Source of the DNA: Paramoeba atlantica
Lineage: Eukaryota; Protista; Discosea
Reading direction: 5' to 3'
Assembly (NCBI GenBank): GCA_977017575.1
Contig: CDRNVI010000055.1
Coordinates: forward strand, 1 to 64,000
DNA length: 64,000 bases
Shown here: piece after piece, positions 43,410-52,418 of the stretch
Position numbering within the stretch: the stretch's first letter is position 1
Layout: every line of letters begins with the position of its first letter
Notes under the pieces: model-generated
The model's database searches: none
The model's input: only the letters and a program-made list of their open reading frames with translations
Told to the model about the DNA's origin: nothing
Program-made: the position numbers and the translations under genes

Positions 43410-43492
43410 TCAGAATATATTGTTCAAAGTCTCATTGAGCATAGTCTCGGACAAGAGGTGTCATAAGAGCAGTGCTACTGCTGTATCATCAT
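43410..43492 (-). ncRNA. C/D-box snoRNA copy 3
   Basis: Identical to copy 2, offset by 128 bp. Confidence 0.78.
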
Positions 43493-43525
43493 GTAAAACA
43501 TGTTGTAAATCGGATGACTTTATTA

Positions 43526-43589
43526 CTGTGTCCCACCACTTATAGTGCCGCGGTTTTCGACCAAACGGCACTATAAGTGGGGGGGGTAG
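43526..43589. mobile_element. 64-bp micro-MITE, TA-flanked
   Basis: Perfect 15-bp IR CCACTTATAGTGCCG/CGGCACTATAAGTGG; the same motif recurs at about 44315-44330. Confidence 0.7.
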
Positions 43590-44151
43590 TATGTTTCAGG
43601 TCGAGGGTGAAAATTTTCCTCCCCCCCAAAAAAATGTCGTTCCGATCATATTCGCGTCGAGATCTCTCTTTCGCAACAAAAATCAGGTGAAACGGACACA
43701 TGGCACAAAAATGGGAGGTGTCCCGATATTGGTGATTCCCCCTGTATACTAGAGTGGAAACTCGAATTAACTAAAAAAATTAAGAACTCAGACAAGCTTT
43801 TTCTCATCCGTGCAATGTAACTTTCGATGAATTTTCATCTAAGGCCCCCCCTACCCAGAAAAAAAAACTTTAGAGAAAGTTGCTTTTTACAAAAGCGATA
43901 TCTTTATCGTAATTTTCTTACCATTATTCTCCACCATAGAAACCAACCACTTTCTCTTCTCTGAAAGAAACTGCTGTGAAGGACGCCCATGAAGTAATCC
44001 ATTTTCAGTAGAACAAAAGAGTCATTTTTGTTTGCTTCGAAACATAATTTAAAAAGTATAGTTGAATTCGTTTATTGATTTATAAAAATTAATGAGAGCG
44101 CATAAAACGAATTTTTATAACTCGGAATCCATTTATTAAAATTAATGAGAG

Positions 44152-44234
44152 GGGGAGTATATTGTTTAAAGTCTCATTGAGCATAGTCTCGGACAAGAGG
44201 CGCCATAAAAGCAGTGCTACTGCTGTATCATCAT
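44152..44234 (-). pseudogene. Degenerate snoRNA copy 4
   Basis: C, C' and D' boxes retained; D box replaced by CCCC; two substitutions in the guide. Confidence 0.65.
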
Positions 44235-44259
44235 ACAAAACGTGGTGTAAAGTGGAATA

Positions 44260-45145
44260 CTGTGCCCCCCCACTTACATATAGTAACTTACGTATAGTGC
44301 CGCGGGGTACTCCCCCACTTATAGTGCCGTTTTGAAAAACAATGTCCGAAAAAAAAATGACCAATATTCTTTTGACCGAAAAGGTAGAGTAAATATGGTG
44401 TAAATTTCTAATATTTTCATTTATGGAAATCACTGAAACTTTATTATTAGTTCCCTTCGTCCTTTCAAAGACTGTCGATTCTCCCGAGAGCGAGACGCCA
44501 GACAAAGTGAACACTCGTGGATCGGCGATTTCGGGTCCTTTGGGACGCTGGTTTACGGTTATTCCGCCAGCGCCGAGAATTGGTCCCCCGGTGGCCAGCC
44601 GTCCTCCCCCCAACACATTTGACTCTCTTCCCATCAGCACACCTAGGACCTCTAGAGTGTGCTTGACTATGCAAGAGAAGTTGAATATGTGTCTGAGCGA
44701 ATTGGACACAAAAAAGCTGAGCGAAAAGTATCGGATCAGTTTAAGAACTGTCTGAAGTATTAAAAGAAACGGTGCCTCTTTTTATCAATCACGAATTAAT
44801 CGTGGTCTCAAGGGAAGAAAGCGCCAGAGAGGCTTTAACAAAGAGTGGAAGGCAATTTTAAGGAAAGTGCACTTTAAATTGCTCCAAGAAATCGATGGTA
44901 AACATGCTGTAACGAAGGCATTTGTCTTTTCCGTTATGGAAACATACGGAATACAGTTTCAAGGCTTTGACGATGAGACGAAGGAACGCATATACAAGCG
45001 CTTCAAGCGTCTTTTCGGGTGGACAAACCGAAGATTTGGACGTGTCCACTACGTCGGTCCTTCCGACGTGGGTACCAAAGTACGAGTGTGCATCGTACTC
45101 CTGTATTTGATCACCACAAGGATGAACTTTTTTTGGCTGATTTAG
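44260..45145 (+). mobile_element. pogo/CENP-B-like element: left TIR and bipartite HTH, catalytic domain missing
   Basis: TA|CTGTGCCCCCCCACTTA. Frame 44423-45145 with one TGA (44753-44755): LTMQEKLNM...LSEKYRISLRTV and IYKRFKRLFGWTNRR. Confidence 0.7.
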
Positions 45146-45463
45146 GGTACATTGGTTGTGCACACTGCCTTGTACCCTATAAAAAAAATTGGCCGTGGTC
45201 TGACCAAATCGCAAAAGCAGCTTAACCAAAGAATTTCATTGATTCGGTCTCGAATTGAGCGATGTTTTGCTCATTTTGACAGGTTTCGTTTTTTTCGTGG
45301 TACTGACCATGATATTCCTTGGGTCCGAGACGCCCTTCAAATTGTATCTGTAGTAACGTACGGTCTGCTGGCTACCAAGCCGCAGTATGATTTTGATTCT
45401 ATGATATATTCAAGTTTAAAACCTAAAAGTGATGAGGATGAGTGTTTGTGTAGTAAAGGGTGA
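45085..45463 (+). pseudogene. PIF/Harbinger-ISL2EU (DDE_Tnp_4) transposase C-terminal fragment
   Basis: FLADLGYIG...VPYKK, frameshift in an A-run, then GLTKSQKQLNQRISLIRSRIERCF. Confidence 0.8.
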
Positions 45464-45739
45464 GGTATGGTTGAGTGTACAAAAGCCCGCAGAGACTGGC
45501 TTAAGGAGCATATCCATAACGTGGCGTACGACCCTAAAAAACCGGGTAAGTGCGCCAAGTCATAATGTTCACGTTTTCTAGATTACCGCACTACCGATAT
45601 TTCATAAAAAAAAGTATGAATCTTGGTTAGAACATAAAAAATGTACACATATTTGCTTTTGATTATCCTTTGATCCATTACAATCTTAACTCAGATTTTT
45701 TCTACGCAATTGTTGAAATATGACGCCAGGAAGATTGGC

Positions 45740-45908
45740 CGAGACCGCACTGAGGCCGCACCACACCAAACGAGACCGCACTGAGGCCGCACCGATACAT
45801 CCCACCTTTATGTAGAGAAGGCGTTCGGATCTCTCCGAAACCGCGCGAAACCGCGGCGAAACCGCACGAAACCGCGTCGAAACCGTGCGAAACCGTACCG
45901 AAACCGTG
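45740..45908. repeat. Helically phased short-repeat array
   Basis: CGAAACCG starts at 45836, 45846, 45857, 45867, 45878, 45888 and 45899. Two related CGAGACCGCACTGAGGCCGCA units at 45740 and 45771. Confidence 0.9.
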
Positions 45909-46328
45909 CTGACACAGCACCCGCAGCCCCTCTACTGCTGGGGGGGACAAGGTTTACCCCAAACCATTTTAGTTTCCTTTTTTTTGCCCTAGGCCCACCG
46001 AAAGTCTACCCCCCCCCCATAACCTACACAGGTGTACCCCCTAACCCCGCGGTTAGGTCAGGTTCTATTTTTGGACGTATGCCCCCCCTCCTGAACCCCC
46101 CCATGGACCCCCCATTTTTTTCAATTCTTTTTTTCAATTTTGGACCACCGGAGCCCCCTTATATATTTTTTCGTCTATTATAAATTTTATTACTGTGTTC
46201 CTCTTATATTTTCACTGTTTTTGTTCACTTTTTTCACTAATCCAGGGAAGAGCGGTAGTTATACAACCACCGCGATTAGCTGCTAATACAGAGGGCATCA
46301 GCTACACTACAGGGGGCATCAGCTAGTA

Positions 46329-46852
46329 AATCTGGGGGGATCTTAAAATTGTAAAAAGTGGCCAATTTTGGAAATTAATACCGCATTCGGGAGCTCTCGC
46401 ATAGCCCTCTTATGGAATCTATGCCGTTTCCCGTGCTTTTACGCACATCGGCTTTTAGATGAAAACTACGTTTTTTCGGGGCGCAAAATTTGTATTTTTT
46501 CTCATTTTCTTACTCTTTTTCCTGTTTTTCTCCCTTTTTTGGAGCATTCATGCCACAAAGACGGGTGCATTCACATTCTTCTCCAAGGAAATTCTCGGAA
46601 AGCCTTTTCTCACCCTCAGATAAAACAAAACTAACGCAGAGAATGTTGTTGGTTCAAGATTTGTCATTTCACCTTTTGCAATTTTCTAAAACAAAATTGC
46701 AATTGACGTTTTTGAGCCACCTTTCATTTTACAAAAATGTTATTTATGCGCGAAACGACATAGATTCCACAGTAGGGCTATTCGAGAGCTCTCAAATGCG
46801 CTACTATTTTCCAAAATTGTCCACTTTTTACAAACTTTAGACCCCCCAGATT
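46329..46852. mobile_element. 524-bp MITE, imperfect TIRs of about 105 bp, TA TSD
   Basis: TA|AATCTGGGGGG...CCCCCCAGATT|TA; the arms align over more than 100 bp. Confidence 0.88.
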
Positions 46853-46969
46853 TAACCTATCCCCCCTGTATATTAACTACGAACTAGTAGTTACGAGTTA
46901 AGCTAGTAACTACTTAGTAGCAACTAAGTTACTACTCGAAATTAAGTCCAGCGAGTGGCTATAAAAAAA

Positions 46970-48184
46970 TTACTGGCACGGCAATAGTTCGATTACTGAA
47001 ATATACATTGGCCCACAATTAAGTGCATTCTGATGAGGGAAAAAGACCACTCCATATTCTGTTAGCTCAGTTGTATTTGTGTTGAATGCCTCAGCAAAAC
47101 AAAAAGATTCGTGTTCAGCTTCGTTTTTCACGAGTTTTCCTTCTTTACCAGTGAGAACTCGAACGTCAAAAGAAGAAGAGACTCTTAAGAACTTTTTTAT
47201 AACGTCATCATTTTCCTTTGTCGAAACAGAACAAGTACTGTATACTAGTCTACCACCCGGTCGAAGACACTGTAAAGCTCGGAAGAGAATGCTATATTGT
47301 GTTCTTGGAAGAATGTCCCACTTCATGGCCCATTTTTGAATCAATTTTTTAATATTTAAAGTATTCTTCTCCCCTAAGAGTTGTCGAATAAGATGACGTT
47401 CGAAAGAACAAGGCACATCGAGAAGAATACGGTCGTATTTACTCGCAGCTTGCCATCTTGATGCATCTCGGCATGTAATCAAAACTTTTTCACGCATAGG
47501 ATGGTTTATATGAGCACTAATCGTCCTCTTAAGTCGTTGACACCTAATAGGATCATATTCGTTTGCCGTCAGGCTTCCACGTGAATCAAGCTTCTGACAT
47601 ATTGCTAATGATTTTCCTCCAGGTGCCGCGCACATATCCAATACATCATAATGCGGCTCTATCCCCAAAGCAAGAATAGGAGCAAGGGAACTTGGGTCCA
47701 TAAGGTAATATGCAGGTGTCTGAGAGTTGTCGCAGCAAGGAGAAGGAATAAGTTCTTTTTCGGGGGAAGACAACTCCCTTAAAAACTTCGAATTATGTTG
47801 TGCGTAAAACCCGAAAAAATCCAATGTATCATTGTAGTCACCTTCACGTGCAAGAATAGTGATTAGGGAACTATGAGGAGCTGGAAACCCTGTGCCTTCT
47901 GTAACGCTGAAGCGTAGTTCCGCATCAAACGAGTCACATATTGTAATGGGTAGCAAAGTTGCTTGTATTGAATCACACAACGTTTGAAAAGGATCATCGG
48001 TGTACGCCTGCCAATGTTTGTTGAAAACTGCGACCTTTCTAGACGAAAAGCAAAAAGACCTTAGGATAGTTAGCCATTCAACTTTTCCAAACTCCTTTTC
48101 GTAATAACTCCATATTTTTTGCGGGAAATTTTTTCGCACATAAGCCAGTAGGTTTTCTTCTTGAACTTCGTTCATATTCCTCAT
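46970..48184 (-). CDS. RsmB/NOP2/NSUN-family m5C RNA methyltransferase (NSUN4-like)
   Basis: DMCAAPGGKS, DRILLDVPCS, VYSTCS. Confidence 0.9.
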   Translation of the reverse strand: MRNMNEVQEENLLAYVRKNFPQKIWSYYEKEFGKVEWLTILRSFCFSSRKVAVFNKHWQAYTDDPFQTLCDSIQATLLPITICDSFDAELRFSVTEGTGFPAPHSSLITILAREGDYNDTLDFFGFYAQHNSKFLRELSSPEKELIPSPCCDNSQTPAYYLMDPSSLAPILALGIEPHYDVLDMCAAPGGKSLAICQKLDSRGSLTANEYDPIRCQRLKRTISAHINHPMREKVLITCRDASRWQAASKYDRILLDVPCSFERHLIRQLLGEKNTLNIKKLIQKWAMKWDILPRTQYSILFRALQCLRPGGRLVYSTCSVSTKENDDVIKKFLRVSSSFDVRVLTGKEGKLVKNEAEHESFCFAEAFNTNTTELTEYGVVFFPHQNALNCGPMYISVIELLPCQ

Positions 48185-48712
48185 TTATGACTCGATATGC
48201 TTGGTTATTCAGTCTTCTTCTTTATAATACTTGGTATTAGGCTATTAGCATCCGATGTCGGGGTTGTAACCCACCGACATTATTAAGAAACTCACTATGA
48301 ATTTTACAATGAATACAGAAATTCCAAGAACCAATCGATGTTCAAAAACAAAAATCCTTAATTATTAATATGGCCTGTAATAAATATGGCCGGAATATAC
48401 AAGTGTATATCAAGTTAAACAATTTCGATTCGAATCGAAAGAATCTAACAGGTTGCGCAAGGAAAGTTCGTTTTTATTCAGACGCAATTTTCTGTCTTGT
48501 CGGAGTGATGAACACCTGGAGTTTTGGTCGAACGACACTGATAAATCAAAGAAATTACATGTCTGTGTGTGTGATGCGAATATACCCCCGAAATGTACGA
48601 GGATACGCAATTTCTTTAGCAGGAATGTAAGCTACTCAGTACGATCCTGTAACTCAAGAAGTAGCTCCCTTATTCATTTTTCAGCGAATATTGTTTCGAA
48701 TTTTATGGGATA

Positions 48713-49216
48713 TTATTCTTGTTCTATCGCTTTTCTGAGGTGGTGGCTAGGAACGCAGTAAGGAAACTCATTCATATCTACCATTGGTATAGAAGAAGTC
48801 TCGAGGCGACTCGCAGAATTATGCTCCCAACTTTTATAAGCGCTTCGCCCTTTTCTGCGCGCCAGGTTTTCACGACGCTCTCGGTGTGTGTAAGCTCCAT
48901 CACGAAAAAGTGTTATAAAAGACGGAGCGTTGTATTCAACTTCCCTCAGACTTAACGATCCATCTGTATGAATCCACCACACCTTATTATAGGTAGGGAA
49001 TTTGCCTCTTTCGATGCGAATTTCCTCTTTATACATACCGCGAATCTCTATGGTTTCTATGTCTGCAACATGACGCGAACGCAAGAAGGGCTGATACGAA
49101 TAGGGAGTTTTTTCTTCGGCTGGTTTGGGTCGGTGGGGGTGTACGAAGGGTTCTTGCACACTTCTACAAAGAGTGTGCCATCGATACCGATATCGCAATG
49201 GGGGAACGGAGGGCAT
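48713..49216 (-). CDS. Probable mitoribosomal protein, bL31m-like
   Basis: 167 aa, basic; FPTYNKVWWIHTDGS resembles the L31 TDGS motif. Confidence 0.55.
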   Translation of the reverse strand: MPSVPPLRYRYRWHTLCRSVQEPFVHPHRPKPAEEKTPYSYQPFLRSRHVADIETIEIRGMYKEEIRIERGKFPTYNKVWWIHTDGSLSLREVEYNAPSFITLFRDGAYTHRERRENLARRKGRSAYKSWEHNSASRLETSSIPMVDMNEFPYCVPSHHLRKAIEQE

Positions 49217-49331
49217 AACACGCGAAAAGCAACCTAAAAAAATAACTTTTTTACGCTACTTAAAACAATTTCTCTTGATATTGCATTATGACTAAATTTA
49301 GCCTTAATATATATATTCGAAATGTAGTAAG

Positions 49332-49394
49332 TAAATATAAATTATTTATAAATTATAAATTTATAAATTATTATAAATTTATAATAATTAAATT
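49332..49394. promoter_or_regulatory. 63-bp pure A/T tract with a perfect 24-bp palindrome, in a divergent strand-switch gap
   Basis: AATTATTATAAATTTATAATAATT at 49366-49389, between the 5' ends at 49216 (-) and 49647 (+). Function is inferred. Confidence 0.4.
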
Positions 49395-49646
49395 GCGAGC
49401 TAATTAGAACGCAGTATCGGGAAGCGCTAAGGAAATTTCCTGTCCCCTCAACCAAAAAGTCGAAAAAACGAGCGAAGTCGCCAGGACGGGATCGATAGTA
49501 AGCCTATGATTAAATAATAAAGATTAACCAGTCCATATTATTTCCACATAATTTATGTATTGTAGAAAGCCAGTTGTTCTTCAACGAGCCTTATTCCTCT
49601 ATTTTCCAAGAATCCATTCCTTCTTTTCACTTTCTTTCGTACGAAT

Positions 49647-50369
49647 ATGCCTGACGTCTCTGTACAAACCGTATCAGAGGAAATTCAGACCAAGCTTGGT
49701 CTTTTAGAAAAGTACATCATGCAATGGAAGGCAGCGACACAAAAGCCATTGAAACAGTATCGCTTTGTTCTCGGAAACATCACTCTTCTTCAAGGTGACC
49801 CGGACGCAATTGATCGCGTTTTAAATCGTTGTCTGAGCGCGGTTGCGTTCTACGACGATGTGTTGGTATGTGATGTTCCGCTTCTTGCCACAGGGGTCGT
49901 GCAATTGATCATTAATCTCATCACATATCGTGGTGGGTGGCTGGGTGCGGAGCACGTACGAGACGGCTTTATTAGCGAAGCCGGCCTGGAACTTCGTTCT
50001 GTTGTTGCCTCACATGACGAATTCAATTCGTCTGATCCTGAAGCTGAATGCAAGGCATTCGCTAGTCGTGTTTGGGCCTACCTCGCAGGCCAGAACATCC
50101 GAGTGAGTCGCCGTTCACAGATGAACACGCCACAAGAAAGCGAAACATTGTCGATTATTCCTGTGAGTGTTCCATCCCCTTCTTCCAACTTGGCAGATGT
50201 CACCCAGGATCCTCTCCAAATTGTCCGTCCCCCTCCACCCATCAATGTAAAAGTGCCGATACAGCCCCCTATTGTCATTAATGGAATGTTCCCGAAGAAA
50301 AGGGGACGACCCATAGGTCCTCGGGCACCACCGCGCAGCGTGCAGGAAGACAAAAGTCAGAAAGATTAA
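49647..50369 (+). CDS. Orphan 240-aa protein with C-terminal AT-hook/NLS-like KKRGRP
   Basis: ATG-initiated open frame preceded by a pyrimidine tract; no overlapping minus-strand gene. Confidence 0.65.
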   Translation: MPDVSVQTVSEEIQTKLGLLEKYIMQWKAATQKPLKQYRFVLGNITLLQGDPDAIDRVLNRCLSAVAFYDDVLVCDVPLLATGVVQLIINLITYRGGWLGAEHVRDGFISEAGLELRSVVASHDEFNSSDPEAECKAFASRVWAYLAGQNIRVSRRSQMNTPQESETLSIIPVSVPSPSSNLADVTQDPLQIVRPPPPINVKVPIQPPIVINGMFPKKRGRPIGPRAPPRSVQEDKSQKD

Positions 50370-50571
50370 GTTTGTTAATTTCCCCGAGGACTAAGCTAGT
50401 AAGGTCAGTGTAAAAGTAAATCTTGACTTTTTGGAAGTGTTACGATTATTATTAAACTTTGTCTACAGTGATGAATCCCCGATTTCTGTTTTAATAACAT
50501 TAGCAAAAGCAATAAACCAAGGCGCCGCGGAGCGGTGCGGATTTTCTTTTATTAATATATACCTGATTTTT

Positions 50572-50691
50572 ATTAATAAACAACGGGAACGTACAGATCT
50601 CAAAATTTTGCACGATAAAGTGGTGCGATAACCCCCCTAGCCCCCCTCGTGCGAAAAATAAGGGTGGGTGCCTTTTTGATGCGGAGGGGTT
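50572..50691 (-). mobile_element. Solo end of the element A family
   Basis: Reverse complement aligns with 39599-39715; ends GGGGTT|TA; bracketed by the 16-bp direct repeat TATATACCTGATTTTT (50556 and 50692). Confidence 0.8.
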
Positions 50692-50767
50692 TATATACCT
50701 GATTTTTGCCATATTCTGCCGTATTCTGCCATATTCTGCCTATCACCACCGACCGGCCGCCCCCCCT

Positions 50768-51609
50768 CTAATATTCATTTTCCAAGCCTACTGGGGGATC
50801 CCTACGGTCACTGTTGCGAGAAAGCAAACTGCATCGAATCGAGGTTTCTACAGCAACTAATTCCGGTGACATGCGACTTCGCAGATCTTCGTACACGAAC
50901 CCCACAGAACTGAACAGCCGCTCGCAGCTTGCTTCAGATGCAACCAAAGAAATAAGCTTTTGCGCTGTTATGGATAAGTGACCAAACTTTCCCTTGAAGC
51001 CACCGCTTGAATGCGGTGGCGTCAGTTGATGACATAGGCTTGATAGCCCAACACATCGAGATTCCTTTGTGTACGAGTGTCACGGCACATGTCGTGCGGT
51101 GGTGAATAGTGGATGTATCCATACATACACTTACATCCGAAAATTTAAATCCAAAGTCAATGCACGTTTTGGTACGCAGTTGCTTGGCGTACTCAATGGT
51201 AAGTTCGTTAAGCTTTTCTCTTCGAGATGGGGTGGGGCACATTCCACGTACAATTTTGTGACGAAATATTGGGTGCTCAAGGGCCGAGGTTGGAATGCCA
51301 CATTCGGATTTCCAGATTATAACATCCTTGTGGTGCTCAGGCGTCGCGGTTTGGGAACTTATGTGCAACGTTGGATTTTCTCGGCGATATTTCTCCCTTT
51401 GCTCCGTGCACCACGTATCATAACTTTTATCGTGTTTTCGAAGATGCCTTTCTGCCGATATGTAATCGGTCTGCAGACCTCTTGCCGTCAAAAAAACGTT
51501 TTTTGCCATTCTCAGGACACAATTTGCACTCCACCATCTGCTTGTCGCCCTCTGCATTAGGTACTTGAGTAAAGAAATCTTTACAAAAAGTGCCCCAGGT
51601 GAGCACCAT
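50768..51609 (-). pseudogene. Internally deleted hAT transposase
   Basis: BED finger (VECKLC...RHLRKH, across a T-run frameshift), WKSECGIPTSALEHPIFR, VSVCMDT (first D), joined to the dimerisation domain ASEASCERLFSSVG...RSRM. Confidence 0.85.
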
Positions 51610-52418
51610 CGGAAAAAAAGTATCTTGTATTGTATAGAGGCCTAATAATGAACTGTAATGAATACAGACGAATCAAAATCATGATGAAAGAAATTTTTGC
51701 AATTTTAAAGTATACGAATAAAAAAAAGTTTTTGAAAGTTTTTAGAAAAAAAATAAAGTAACTTTAAAGTACTTTCTTGAAAGTTTTAAAGTTTCCGCGA
51801 ACCCTGTTCATAAATATTATTATTACGAGTTTAGGTGGCGAACAATATTGCTTGTGCAGTGATTCTGAGTGCAATAAAAGTGCTGAAGCATGCAACGTTC
51901 AAAGGGCAATACATCGCAAACACTTTCCGTTTAAACTTGAATGATAGCGAAAAATACCTAATAAGATGATTAGCGCATTTTTCCACATTATACTAATAAT
52001 ATTATCATATTTTAATATGATAATCAATATTTGATTGTCATATAAAATTTAGTATTTGATACATAGTATCAGAGTACATCGTACCTTAGAAACATTGGAG
52101 TTAGAAGACTTGGAGTTCAATTTACGTTTGACTTCAAGTGCAAACGAAAATTAGAAAAATAACGAAGTGAATTCGTAATCTCGCAATTCGAGATTCGTAT
52201 GTCTACGACCAAAGGAGCAAATTGAAAATTCTTGCATGAATTAATTCAAAAATATTATCCGATGAATGTAAATATACTTTACTGGGAACTCCATCTAGAA
52301 GACAAAAGAAACCATAAAAAAAGAATTTTCTGTAAACTGACTTCGCAGAAATATCTATGAAAATAAGCACCCATTAAGTCTACAGCGCAACACTCCACAA
52401 CACTAGACAAAATTTGCT

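Noticed and set aside
43282-43525. 128-bp tandem repeat as CRISPR or minisatellite
   Set aside because: No short repeat with unique spacers and no cas genes; explained by snoRNA duplication.
50934-50936. TGA ending the hAT ORF as another recoded Trp
   Set aside because: It follows a deletion junction; the hAT dimerisation domain continues in a different frame.
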